A DNA stretch of 64,000 bases. Source: an uncultured virus (IMG/VR IMGVR_UViG_2865217878_000004). Its lineage: Duplodnaviria > Heunggongvirae > Uroviricota > Caudoviricetes. Below the pieces are notes generated by a model. It was given only the letters and a program-made list of their open reading frames with translations. It had not been told where the DNA came from and did not search any database. Shown here piece after piece: positions 1 through 9,461 of this stretch. Numbering within the stretch: the stretch's first letter is position 1; the number at the start of each line of letters is the position of its first letter. Position numbers and translations under genes: made by a program. Location: IMG/VR virus record IMGVR_UViG_2865217878_000004. One strand, 5' to 3'.

Positions 1-1875
1 TTACGCCCGAACCCTCCCGGATGGGAAGGGAATGATCTTCGCCCCCTCTGGCGTGAGCGTGGCGTGAGCGGAGGTATTTTCAGGAGGGGCGTCGCCCTCA
101 TGCTCCTCCTCCAGAATGTCTGTTCTCCGGAGCGGAACGAGCCGGACGGCTGCCTCGGCCGCCGCGGCTCCGCGCTGGATCTCGGCGGGGGACGACGTGC
201 TGCCGCTCAGCTCGGGGGCATCCTGAACCGCGGTACGGATGGCGTCGGCAAGCTGCTCGACGAACGTCTCGGCGCGAAGGTCCAGCGTGGCCAGACGGGC
301 GGCGAACGCCGGACTGTTCAGAAGCCGATCGGGGTCGATGGCCGAGAGGCTGGGCGCAGGCTTGGCCGCTTCGCCTCGGGGAATCATGCGCGCTGTGGCT
401 TCGGCCGCCTTGAGGGCCACCTGGGGAAGCACGTGCTGATAGACCTCCCGTGTGACACGGGTGTCGCTGTGCCCCAGGGTTTCGGCCACGATCTTGGCGT
501 CAACTCCGGCGGCGAGCATGAGCGAGGCCGCGCCGTGCCGCAGATCGTGCAGTCGGATCGGCGGCAGTCCTGACGCCTCGACGAGCCGATCGAACTCGGC
601 GCTGAGCCAGCGAGGATCGATCCACGAGCCGTCCTCCGTCGTGAACAGCCGGCCGGTGTCCTGCCACGCCTCACCCAGTTCGCGCCGCTTCGCGTCCTGC
701 CGTGCGAGTTGGTCGTCAATCACCTCATCGGTGATCGAGTCGAGGGCGATGACCCTTGCGCCGCTGTTGGTCTTCGGCGCGCTCTCACGGACTCCCCAGC
801 CGTCCTCGGTCCGCGTCTGGACGAGTTGCTTGGCGATGGTGAGCGTCTTGACCTTGCGGTTCCGGTCCTGTCGCCGGCATCCGCATGCCTCGCCACGCCG
901 CAGGCCGCGGAAGGCGATCACATGCCACACACCGTACAGCCAGTGATCTGCGACGAAGTCGAGCCACTGCCCGGTTTGTTCTGGGGTCCAGACCATCACG
1001 GGCGATGGCTTGATGCCGGTCCTCCGCCACTCCTCGACACACTCGGCCGTCCAGAACAGAGCCTTGGGCCGCTCGGCCGGCTCCAGTTCGACGTGACCCG
1101 CGGCGTTGAAGCTGAGCTGTCCTCGCTTGATCGCCGTGTTCAGGGCAGCCCTAAGGGTGGCCTTGATGCGATGCTGGGACGCCATGCCCGTGACGCGGCG
1201 GAACGGCGGCATGGCCGCGATGGCATCCTTCAGCCCTCTGCGGCGGGCGCGGTTCTCCGCCCCCTTCCACGGGATGCTGGCCAGTTCCTCGATCGCGGCC
1301 CGCCGCATGGCGTTCGCATCGCGGATCTCTTCGTTCGTTGCCTCGATGGCGGCGAACATCTCGTCGAGGTGCGGAACGGTCAGGCGGTCGCGTCGGATGT
1401 GCCCAAGGTGAGGTTTCAAGTGCACGCGTACGTCAACGTCGTATCGCGTCTTCGCGCCGTCGCGGAGTTTCTTCTTTCCGGCAAGCCACTCGTCGAGCCA
1501 CTCACCGATCGTGATGTGGGTGATCAACGACTGACCGGTGCTGAACTTCTTCCTGGTTTCCTCCAAGTCCGGTATGGGGTCCTTCTCGCCTACCGAATCG
1601 AGCAGGTCGCCGATACGCGTTTGCCCCTCGTTGTCCTCAGCGCTGGGGAGGGCTAGCAATGCACGTACCTTGTCGAGGTCGGCCTGTGCCTTCGTTGACG
1701 TGGGATAACCGCTCCGGCTGAAGGACCGCCGCTGGCCCTCCTTGCTTGGTGGCAGCTCCTGGCGGATCGAGTAGGAGCCGTGCTTCTTCTGCCTGAGCTT
1801 CGGGCACTTACTGCCCAACGGCTTGCGGGTTTTCGGGTCCCGGCAGAAGCACCGCCTGTACGTCGAGCCCTTCAC
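1..1875 (-). CDS. int: Tyrosine integrase
   Basis: Motifs GLRRGE, HDLRH, LGHS and catalytic Y (EVYQHV). GTG start at 1875 chosen by resemblance to Streptomyces integrase N-termini (KGSTYRRCFC); the ORF track extends it to 2145. Confidence 0.95.
   Translation of the reverse strand: MKGSTYRRCFCRDPKTRKPLGSKCPKLRQKKHGSYSIRQELPPSKEGQRRSFSRSGYPTSTKAQADLDKVRALLALPSAEDNEGQTRIGDLLDSVGEKDPIPDLEETRKKFSTGQSLITHITIGEWLDEWLAGKKKLRDGAKTRYDVDVRVHLKPHLGHIRRDRLTVPHLDEMFAAIEATNEEIRDANAMRRAAIEELASIPWKGAENRARRRGLKDAIAAMPPFRRVTGMASQHRIKATLRAALNTAIKRGQLSFNAAGHVELEPAERPKALFWTAECVEEWRRTGIKPSPVMVWTPEQTGQWLDFVADHWLYGVWHVIAFRGLRRGEACGCRRQDRNRKVKTLTIAKQLVQTRTEDGWGVRESAPKTNSGARVIALDSITDEVIDDQLARQDAKRRELGEAWQDTGRLFTTEDGSWIDPRWLSAEFDRLVEASGLPPIRLHDLRHGAASLMLAAGVDAKIVAETLGHSDTRVTREVYQHVLPQVALKAAEATARMIPRGEAAKPAPSLSAIDPDRLLNSPAFAARLATLDLRAETFVEQLADAIRTAVQDAPELSGSTSSPAEIQRGAAAAEAAVRLVPLRRTDILEEEHEGDAPPENTSAHATLTPEGAKIIPFPSGRVRA
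49..70. repeat. Tandem 11-bp direct repeat TGGCGTGAGCG x2; candidate integrase arm-type sites
   Basis: Perfect repeat at 49-59 and 60-70 inside the 3' end of int; the att function is inferred. Confidence 0.5.
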
Positions 1876-2141
1876 CTCCTGATCCCTCCCACAACGTCTG
1901 AGAGGCCGGTGAAGGTCAACGAAAGGGGGGCGTTCGCAGCGGAACGGCGGTGCGCGTTCACGAACCCTCGCAGGAGGGCATGTGCCATGGTGGGCATGGT
2001 GTCTCCGTCGTTGGAAGACGGCCCTGGGAACCGTAGGCAAGGCGTCAGGGCCGCCTGGTGTCGGTTGGGCATCGGGCCCTCGGTGCGGATGCGGTGCTGC
2101 AACACCGCGGAGTTCGCGCCGAGGGCCGTTCGATCTGGCGA

Positions 2142-2417
2142 TCACACGGCCGTGTTGTCCGTATCGGCCGTGGGGGCCGGTGTGTCTGGGCTGATGCCGA
2201 GGACGCGCAGCAGGGCCGCGCGGGCGACGCGGTAGGTGCGGCCGGCCCGCAGCACGGGAACCGGGTACCTCCCGCTCCTGGCAAGGGCATAACCGGTTGA
2301 ACGGCGCAGAGAGAGGGCGCGATTGGCGTCGTCGAGGGGCACACTAACCGGCAAGGCGAGCAACTCCTCGAGCGTCATGCCCGGTATCTCCGTCTCCTCG
2401 GCTCCGTGGTCGGTCAC
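2142..2417 (-). CDS. xis: Excisionase / HTH DNA-binding protein
   Basis: LLALPVSVPL...LRRSTGYALARSGRYPVPVLRAGRTYRV, a winged-HTH xis pattern. GGAGGAG RBS; lies just upstream of int. Confidence 0.85.
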   Translation of the reverse strand: MTDHGAEETEIPGMTLEELLALPVSVPLDDANRALSLRRSTGYALARSGRYPVPVLRAGRTYRVARAALLRVLGISPDTPAPTADTDNTAV

Positions 2418-2481
2418 CGTGGACTCCTCCGATCTAACCTGCTCGGCCGAGATTTCCTGACGGCTCGGCGGATGAAGGAGG

Positions 2482-2498
2482 AGGGTAGGTGCGTGTAC
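2482..2498 (-). promoter_or_regulatory. Phage-specific promoter motif copy (GTACACGCACCTACCCT) upstream of xis
   Basis: One mismatch to the motif repeated five times in the late arm. Confidence 0.6.
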
Positions 2499-2523
2499 CA
2501 CGCGGAGCTGGATGAAGAAGCCG

Positions 2524-3198
2524 TTAAGCGACGGAGACGTGGGTTTCGTCGTTCTCCTGGCCGACGTTGGCGGCTGGGGCGTGTGCGTGCCGCGTCCTCC
2601 AAGCCGACCGGACCACGTACGACACGGGATACCACCGTGAGTCCGTGGTGGATGTGAGCGCAGTCCAGTGACCCGTGGGGTTGGTGGAGAGTGAGCCGTC
2701 ACCCCTGGTGGAGATGGCGTAGGCCACGGCTGCCACGGTGCGCAGGTCTACGTGGGTGTTCCGTGCCTGTTCCAGCGAGAGCAGCAGACGCGTGAGGGAG
2801 TGCCTGCTGCGTGCGACGAGTTCCTTGAGGGTGATCTCCAGCGAGACGTCCGAGAGCTGGCGGGCGGCGCCGAGGACCTGGCCGATGTCCGGACCGTCGA
2901 CGTGATGGGCTAGGCCGTTGGGGGCATGGGGTTTGAGGAGCGCGCTGGCGGCCAGCACGGCGGCGAGGGTGGTGTCGTACACGGCCTGTTGCTGGACCTC
3001 GGTGTCGGGAGGCAGCGGCAGGTCGGCTTCAGTTGCTGCCCCATAGAGTTGGAGCGGGTCATTGGCGACGCGCAGGAACACCCCCTGGCGGTCGCCGTGC
3101 TCGCGCGGCCAGCGCAAAGCACGTACGGTCCAGTGGCCGTGCCGGGGGTGGTGCTCGGTAAGGTGGCGGCACAGGTCGCCGAGGTAAGTCTCGTCCAT
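2524..3198 (-). CDS. Hypothetical protein
   Basis: 224-aa ORF with GAGGAG RBS and protein-like composition. Confidence 0.7.
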   Translation of the reverse strand: MDETYLGDLCRHLTEHHPRHGHWTVRALRWPREHGDRQGVFLRVANDPLQLYGAATEADLPLPPDTEVQQQAVYDTTLAAVLAASALLKPHAPNGLAHHVDGPDIGQVLGAARQLSDVSLEITLKELVARSRHSLTRLLLSLEQARNTHVDLRTVAAVAYAISTRGDGSLSTNPTGHWTALTSTTDSRWYPVSYVVRSAWRTRHAHAPAANVGQENDETHVSVA

Positions 3199-3321
3199 GA
3201 TCTGCTCCTCTTCCTCTTCGTGATGCGTGGGTGCCAGGTGAAGTAGGGCGGCCGGTACCGTTCCCGCGTAAGGGCTCCCTCTGGGCCCGAGGTGATGTCC
3301 TAGGTATTCCGGCCACCCGGT

Positions 3322-4582
3322 CTATGGGTTCGACTCCTCGACGGGTGCGTCCTGGGAGCCGTGGGCGGGGAAGGCGCGCTCCTCGCTGTAGAACTCGTCG
3401 TGGATGAGGCAGTGGTGTAGCGAGCTGAGCAGCTTCCCCGCCAGGCGCCGCAGGGCTGCGGCGAAGGCGTCGCCGACCTCCCGCCGTCGGTCGTAGTAGG
3501 CGCGGCAGGCTGAGGAGTGAGGCAGCGCGGTAAAGCCCCACAGATGGCACGTGCCTTTGAGATACCGGTTGGCCACCTTGCGGTGGGTGACTGTGGTGCT
3601 GTTTCCGCTGGCCCAGGTCAGCGGGGCGACGCCGGCGTAGGCTCGGAGTCCGCGGGCGCTGGTGAAGCGGCCCAGGTCGTCGCCGAGCCAGGAGCCGAGC
3701 TCCAGTCAACGGCCCGACCCCGGGGAAGCTGAGGTACACCGGGGCGTGGGGATGGTCGAGGAACGCCTCGGTGGTCTGCTCGGTCAGCTCGTCCAGGATG
3801 CGGCAGGCTTGGTCGACCATGGCCAGGGTGGTGAGCATCCGCTGGCCCATGGCCTCCTCGACAGCCGCGGGCTGGCGTAGCTGAGGCTGGCGGAACAGGT
3901 CACGCAGGCGGCCGGCGTGCTCGTCGACCTGGCGAGTGCGCCCGGCTGCGGCCAGGACGTCGAACAGCTTCTTCTTGCTGATGCGGGCGGCGCGCCCCGG
4001 GGTGGAAGCCAGCGCCAGCACCGCGCGTGCCTCGGGCCGGAGCAGCCCGTGCGGCAGGTGGTCCCACGCCTGGAGGGCGGCGGGGAAGTACTCGCGCAGC
4101 TGGGAGCGCAGTTGGTTCCCGTGGTACTGCCGGGTCCGCGTGGCATGATGCTGGGCGCGTGCCAGTTCCTTGATCGCCGCTGCCTGCTCCGAGCGGCCGG
4201 CCAGTGGGCGGTGCCGGGTGCCGTCCATCCGGACGATGTTCGCCAACAACTCCGCGTCGCTCTTGTCATCCTTCTTCTTGGCTGGGCTGAGCCTGCCGCG
4301 ATACCGGGCCACGACGGTCGGATTGAGCATGATCACGGGCTGCCTCTGGCGCATCAGCTCGGTGACCAGCAGCCCGCGGTCGGTTTCGATTACCACTGGA
4401 ACCTGGCGACGGCTGTGGCGGTGGCTGGTGGGGTGGAGGCCCCGAAGCAGGTCAAGGAGTTCGGCGACACCGTCGGGGGTCTCGGCGATCCGCGCGCGGG
4501 CGACGACCTGACCTGCCCGGTCCACCACAGCGACGTCATTCAACTTCTGAGACCAGTCGATCCCGCACCACCACCGCGTCAC
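3322..4582 (-). pseudogene. IS110-family recombinase/transposase, frameshifted
   Basis: N-terminal CGIDW/IET/KDDKSDA (DEDD) and PGVG motifs. The frame breaks near 3685 (LLA|GDDLGRFTSARGLRAYAGVAPLTWASG); the C-terminal ANRYLK...YYDRRR is in another frame ending at 3322. Confidence 0.88.
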
Positions 4583-4604
4583 CGATGACTCCTCCGTCGC
4601 GCCA

Positions 4605-4825
4605 CACAGCGCGGGCCAGGCGGCCCGCCGTTCTCTCGTGAGGGCTCATAGGGCCGGGATCGCAACAGGCGTGTGCTCACTCGGCCCGCACCGCCTCAAC
4701 CATATATGGATGATGACCAGAATGTCATGGGGTGATGGAGGGGTCGGCAGGCGGAGTCGCCACTCTCTAGGAAGGGCTCAATTCCCTGGTTCTCAACAGG
4801 CGTACGCCCGCCTGCCCGACGGTGG
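4605..4825 (-). ncRNA. Candidate bridge-type RNA in the IS110 5' non-coding region
   Basis: Two similar stem/internal-loop units sharing ACGCCTGTTG and TGAGCCCT blocks; position fits IS110 non-coding ends. Confidence 0.45.
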
Positions 4826-4957
4826 AGCTACCTATCGGTCGCTCATTCGAACAAACCCTATACGGTTGAAGCTGGGGGCGTTGAGTCGAAGATCAGCGAT
4901 CCGCGAGATGATGAGGAGGGCAATCCTGTGGGTGACCAGGTGTGGGAGGACGGTGAC

Positions 4958-5257
4958 ATGCGGGCCGAGAAGCCCCGCTCCTACGTCATCGAGGGCCAGT
5001 GGCCGTACGCGGTCCTCGACGAGGAAGCGCCTGTCGCGGCTCACTACGGGCAGGAGGTGGCGCTTCGTGTCGCTGAGGCGATGAAGCTGAGAGGGCTGAC
5101 GCAGGAAGCGCTGGCGCGGCGCGCTGACCTTGGTCAGGTCACCATCAGCCGGGTGCTGCAAGGCGAGGTGTATCCGGACCTGGTCACTCTCGCGAAGCTG
5201 GAACAGGCCCTGCGCGCTGACGTCTACCCGACCGGCCTGTACCGGGTGCACGAGTGA
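4958..5257 (+). CDS. XRE-family HTH regulator
   Basis: RGLTQEALARRADLGQVTISRVLQG; GGGAGG RBS. Confidence 0.88.
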   Translation: MRAEKPRSYVIEGQWPYAVLDEEAPVAAHYGQEVALRVAEAMKLRGLTQEALARRADLGQVTISRVLQGEVYPDLVTLAKLEQALRADVYPTGLYRVHE

Positions 5258-5379
5258 GCGGTCATGGCGCCTACTCGACCGGCGAGAGTTTGTCCGAAGA
5301 GAAGGCTCCTCCCGGACGGGTACGGAGTGTCATGGTGTGAGTGCGCGGGGCCCACGTCGATTGGGCCCCACGCACTCTG

Positions 5380-5625
5380 TCACGGAGAGTCCGCCGATGG
5401 GTCGAACCAGTCGCTGATCCACTGGTTGAGATGACGCTCCAGGTGACGTCGGTTGTCCTCGTCTCCTAAGAACCACTCGACGACCCACACAAAGATGTCC
5501 TGCCCTCCTGTCGCCAGGTCAGCCCCGTCGATGTAGATCCTCCCGCTGTGGGGGATGAACGGGACTGCCACGACGTGGACCCGCATCTGCGGCGCCCCCC
5601 TTACATGGAGATAGCCGCCCTCCAC
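5380..5625 (-). CDS. Hypothetical protein
   Basis: 81-aa ORF with plausible composition; weak RBS. Confidence 0.45.
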   Translation of the reverse strand: MEGGYLHVRGAPQMRVHVVAVPFIPHSGRIYIDGADLATGGQDIFVWVVEWFLGDEDNRRHLERHLNQWISDWFDPSADSP

Positions 5626-5729
5626 ATAACTGACAGAACATCACGCGAGTTGCGACACCGGGAGGGTGCGACTGTACGACTCTCGTAAGTGCACGACTTT
5701 TTCACGTTTCATCTACGACTGGTGCCGGT

Positions 5730-6242
5730 TTACTGGTCTTCCTGCTGCTGCTCCAGCAGAATCCGGCGGATCTTCCGCTGGGCCTGGCCCCACGCCTTGA
5801 GGTCTTCGCGGACTTGATCCCGCGACGCGGTGGTTCCGCCGCGCTCAACCACCAGGGTCAAGACGGCAGTCGAGCCGTCCTCTCTGAGGTCCAGGACGTC
5901 GGTGTCGATGACCTCCCCGTCGGTGAGCTCCTGCAGCACGCGTTCCGGCAGCCGGTCAAGGAGGTCCTGGCGCGTCGCCTCCGTGCCGGAACCCTCTCCC
6001 GCTTGGCCGGCTACGGAAGTGGGCTCTCCTCCCGCAAGTACGTCCTCGATGGACCCGGCCGTCCAACCGACCTCTCGGGCGAACTTGGTGATCGTGTCGG
6101 TGACTCTCCTGGCCTTTCCCTGCTCGATCCGGCGGATCGTGTTGCGGTCCGCACCGATGCGCGCGCCCAGGGTCGCCTGCGTATCTCGGAGCCGGTCTCG
6201 GCTCTCACGCAGGTACGAGCCGAGTCGTGCCCAGTCCTTCAT
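5730..6242 (-). CDS. Prophage repressor (XRE HTH)
   Basis: TQATLGARIGADRNTIRRIEQG; divergent from the cro-like gene. Confidence 0.85.
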   Translation of the reverse strand: MKDWARLGSYLRESRDRLRDTQATLGARIGADRNTIRRIEQGKARRVTDTITKFAREVGWTAGSIEDVLAGGEPTSVAGQAGEGSGTEATRQDLLDRLPERVLQELTDGEVIDTDVLDLREDGSTAVLTLVVERGGTTASRDQVREDLKAWGQAQRKIRRILLEQQQEDQ

Positions 6243-6262
6243 GCACGGCATGATGCCGCATC

Positions 6263-6446
6263 CCATGCAACAACGCGAGCCGCTGCGAGGTGCATGACCA
6301 GCGCATCGGTAGCACGAAGAGGGCGCACGTGTTGCATGGAGGGCGATAGGTGGCGAGCACCCAGGGCCTGCTGTAGCGACAACGGCAAGGCAGAAGCGAC
6401 AACTTGTGAGCCGAGTTGTTGCTTGTGTCGCCTCCGAGCGATAAGT
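6263..6446. promoter_or_regulatory. Lysis/lysogeny switch intergenic region with operator-like repeats
   Basis: AGCGACAAC at 6375 and 6395, inverted GTTGTTGCT at 6415; CCATGCAACA/TGTTGCATGG inverted pair at 6263/6330; TTGCTT-N17-TAAGTT before the cro GTG. Confidence 0.6.
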
Positions 6447-6454
6447 TCTGATGG

Positions 6455-6661
6455 GTGACGCCCAACGGAGCAGCCATCCGTGCCTTCCGTGAAGCTAGAA
6501 GTTTGAGCATTCGTGCTACAGCTCGGCTCGCCGAATGTGATCCGTCCCATCTCTCGCGACTGGAGAGAGGGCTGGCGGGTGCAGACGAGACGCGGCTGCG
6601 GCGCATCGCGGAGGTGCTGGAGGTTCCGGTCGCCGCCATCGTCCGAGAGGAGATGCCGTGA
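6455..6661 (+). CDS. Cro-like XRE regulator
   Basis: LSIRATARLAECDPSHLSRLERG; 68 aa; first gene of the early arm. Confidence 0.88.
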   Translation: MTPNGAAIRAFREARSLSIRATARLAECDPSHLSRLERGLAGADETRLRRIAEVLEVPVAAIVREEMP

Positions 6662-6767
6662 CGACCGTGCTCCTGGGCTTCGCCTGGTCTCAGGGAGAAG
6701 GGGCCGCCGGACACGACCCGACGACCCCGTGACCTCCCCCCATCAACAGAGAACTGGAGGCAGGCCG

Positions 6768-7133
6768 ATGCAACAGGGTACCCCTCGAATACAGAAGGCG
6801 GGCCGGCGCGAGCTGACGCTTGGTGATCAGCAGCTTCCCGCGGCGGCTCTGGTCGCCCTGACCGAGATGTTCCCGAACCTCCCCCGGCCGCACATCGTGC
6901 TCCCGAACTTCGACGCCAGCGGTTTCGAGCTGCACATCCACAGCTCCCTGGAGGACTGGGAGCGGTGGAGGGAGGCGCTGCAGGTGCCCTCCTCGACGGT
7001 GCAGCGCAATGATTCCCCGCCGCGCTTGATCGCTCAGACCACCTTCCGTGGCGCCTCGGTACGGCTGGTCGGCTACGAGTCCGATCCGGCTCAGGCGACC
7101 GACGCCCGCACGCCCAAGGCGATGGCGGCATGA
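6768..7133 (+). CDS. Hypothetical phage protein
   Basis: GGAGG RBS; ATGA coupling to the next gene. Confidence 0.75.
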   Translation: MQQGTPRIQKAGRRELTLGDQQLPAAALVALTEMFPNLPRPHIVLPNFDASGFELHIHSSLEDWERWREALQVPSSTVQRNDSPPRLIAQTTFRGASVRLVGYESDPAQATDARTPKAMAA

Positions 7134-7513
7134 GCGAAGTCCCCGTTCAGATCCCGGGCGTTCGTCCGTGGCTCCCCATCGGCGAGTCCGGTCATGTCTG
7201 CCGGTCGTCTGGGCATCGACGGCAGCGCCGCCGCAGGCAGTTGGCCTGGCGCATCCGGCAGATAGCTCCCCGCGCTGATCTGATCAACGTCTGCCCGGTC
7301 GAAACCGCGTCCACGACCCAGGACGTGGATCGCACCTACACCCTCAAAGTCCTGGATGCACAGGGCACCATGCTGACCCTCGGCTGCGACGTCCCGACCC
7401 GCATCGTGTCCCTGCTCCAGAGCGCGCACCCGGAAGCGGACTGGTCTCGTCCTGTGTCCTGGCGTGCCGATGCCGAAGCCGTGACTCCCGCGCCCGGCGG
7501 TGAAGGACCGTGA
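7130..7513 (+). CDS. Hypothetical phage protein
   Basis: Overlap-coupled within the early operon. Confidence 0.7.
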   Translation: MSEVPVQIPGVRPWLPIGESGHVCRSSGHRRQRRRRQLAWRIRQIAPRADLINVCPVETASTTQDVDRTYTLKVLDAQGTMLTLGCDVPTRIVSLLQSAHPEADWSRPVSWRADAEAVTPAPGGEGP

Positions 7514-7914
7514 CCTTGCCGATCTACGCGGCACTGGGTTCGGTCGCCGCCCTGGCAGCGCTGTGGCTGTGCATCGAGGCTGATGTCCGACGATTCGATC
7601 GCATCCTCGCCCTGGAGAAGCAGGCGCGCAAGGACGCTGCTTCGAAGAGCGCCAGCGGCTCGGCGCCGCAGCCCGCTTCGGAAGAGCCGATCACGCTCGG
7701 CACCTGGGAGATTCGCGGGGAAGGCCCCAGCGAGACCCCGACCGAGGTCCCGATCAGCGGACCGTTCACACTGCGGTACTCCTCAGACCTTGATCACGAC
7801 ACCTGGTTCGCCCCGGCGTACAACGACGCCACACCCCCCTGGGCAGGCGCCATCTCCGTCGAGACGCCACCGGAGTCCCCGACGCATCTTCTGAGGCAGG
7901 GGGCGACGGTATGA
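7510..7914 (+). CDS. Hypothetical protein with N-terminal TM segment
   Basis: Hydrophobic N-terminus; coupled start and stop. Confidence 0.7.
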   Translation: MTLPIYAALGSVAALAALWLCIEADVRRFDRILALEKQARKDAASKSASGSAPQPASEEPITLGTWEIRGEGPSETPTEVPISGPFTLRYSSDLDHDTWFAPAYNDATPPWAGAISVETPPESPTHLLRQGATV

Positions 7915-8858
7915 GCTTCGCCTTCTCCCCAGCGGTTCGCGAACAGTTCAAGGCACGGATCGCTCTGTGCGGCCCCTCCGGAGCCGGAAAAACCTACACG
8001 GGTTTGACGATGGCCACGGCCATGGGAGATCCGGTCGCCGTGATCGACACCGAGCACGGCTCGGCCGCGAAGTACGCCAAAGGCAAGGACGGTCAGGGAT
8101 GGGAGTTCGATCACCTCGCCATGACGTCGTTCGAGCCCTTGGCCCTGGTCGAAGCCCTGGCAACGGCCGCTCAGCAGCGGTACCCCGTCATTCTGGTCGA
8201 CTCGCTGAGCCACTTTTGGAGCGGACCGGGCGGGATGCTCGAACAGGCCGATGCGGGCGCCAGGAGGTTCGGCGGGAACTCTTTCGCGGGCTGGAAGGAA
8301 GCCCGGCCGATGGAGCGCCAGCTCATCGAGGCCATGCTCGCCTACCCCGGCCATGTCATCGCCACGATGCGTAGCAAGACGGAGTACGTCATTGAGGAGG
8401 ACGACCGGGGACGGAAGTCTCCGCGCAAGGTCGGCATGCGTCCCGAGCAGAGGGATGGGATCGAATACGAATTCGATATCGTCGGCGATCTTGACTGGGG
8501 CCACGTCCTCACGGTTTCCAAGACCCGGTGCAGTGTCCTCGCGGACTCTGTCATCGCCAAGCCCGGTGCCGAGCTAGCTACGACGGTCCTGGAGTGGCTG
8601 TCCGGCGGTGCCGAAGTCCGCGATCCGGCGAGCTATATCGATCAGGCCCGTGATCTGGCCACGTTCGCCGACGCGCAGGAGCTCTACGCCGAGCTGACGG
8701 CCCGGCGGCTGCTGTACACGCCGATGCTGCATCCCCTTTCCGGGCAGCCGATCACGCTCGGCACCTACGTCATCGAGCGCGGGCACGAGCTGCGCTCCGC
8801 CGAGGCACGGGCCGCTGCTGCTGCATCATCCACCGTCCCTGCCGATCCGGCCGCCTAA
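7911..8858 (+). CDS. AAA-family ATPase (Sak4-like recombination protein)
   Basis: Walker A GPSGAGKT, IDTE, VDSLSHFW, IEYEFD. Confidence 0.88.
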   Translation: MSFAFSPAVREQFKARIALCGPSGAGKTYTGLTMATAMGDPVAVIDTEHGSAAKYAKGKDGQGWEFDHLAMTSFEPLALVEALATAAQQRYPVILVDSLSHFWSGPGGMLEQADAGARRFGGNSFAGWKEARPMERQLIEAMLAYPGHVIATMRSKTEYVIEEDDRGRKSPRKVGMRPEQRDGIEYEFDIVGDLDWGHVLTVSKTRCSVLADSVIAKPGAELATTVLEWLSGGAEVRDPASYIDQARDLATFADAQELYAELTARRLLYTPMLHPLSGQPITLGTYVIERGHELRSAEARAAAAASSTVPADPAA

Positions 8859-8930
8859 GCCTGCCCCGACTCCTGCCGGGCGGCGGATGACGCCAGACCG
8901 CCGCCCGGCAGGCACCAAGGAGAAGACCAC

Positions 8931-9461
8931 GTGGGACTGAAAGAGACCGCCACAAGGGAGGCGGTGCTGAAGGTGGTGACCGATTTGGTCACCCAGACCT
9001 ACAGCGACGCGCGCGGCGATACCCAGCAAGCCCTGGACAAAGCCCATGCGGAGCTCGGTGTCGACCGCATCCGGCTCGAACTCCCGGACGGTACGGCGCT
9101 GGCCACGACCAGCCGTACCAGTCCGAAGCAGGAAGCGCGTGTCACCGATCCGGAAGCGTTCCTCGCCTGGGTACGCACCGCTTACCCCTCCGAGGTGGTG
9201 ACCCGCACCATCACCGAAGCCAGGAAGTCCTTCACCGACCGGCTGTTGAAGGAGATGAGCAAGACCGGAGCGCCCGAACTCGCCGATGGCGAAACGGGCG
9301 AGGTCCACGAGGTACCCGGCGTCACCGTCGCGACCTGGCGGGAGCCCGGTCATGCCATTCGGCTCGCCGACGGCGCTGAGCAGGCCGTTGCCGACGCATG
9401 GCGTTCCGGGCAGCTCGCTCACCTGGGTCTCCCGGAGCTGAGCACCGGGGAGGCGCAATGA
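8931..9461 (+). CDS. Phage recombination-module protein (hypothetical)
   Basis: AAGGAG RBS; ETGEVHEVPGV motif typical of phage recombination-region proteins. Confidence 0.75.
   Translation: MGLKETATREAVLKVVTDLVTQTYSDARGDTQQALDKAHAELGVDRIRLELPDGTALATTSRTSPKQEARVTDPEAFLAWVRTAYPSEVVTRTITEARKSFTDRLLKEMSKTGAPELADGETGEVHEVPGVTVATWREPGHAIRLADGAEQAVADAWRSGQLAHLGLPELSTGEAQ

Noticed and set aside
1876..2145. N-terminal 90-aa extension of the integrase
   Set aside because: Low-complexity Arg/Pro sequence; integrase-like sequence begins at the GTG at 1875.
4605..4825. TIGR or CRISPR array beside the IS110 gene
   Set aside because: Only two units about 130 bp apart; no tandem periodicity.
5667..5720. 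Four short (T/C)(A/G)CGACT repeats
   Set aside because: Short and irregularly spaced; cannot be distinguished from chance.
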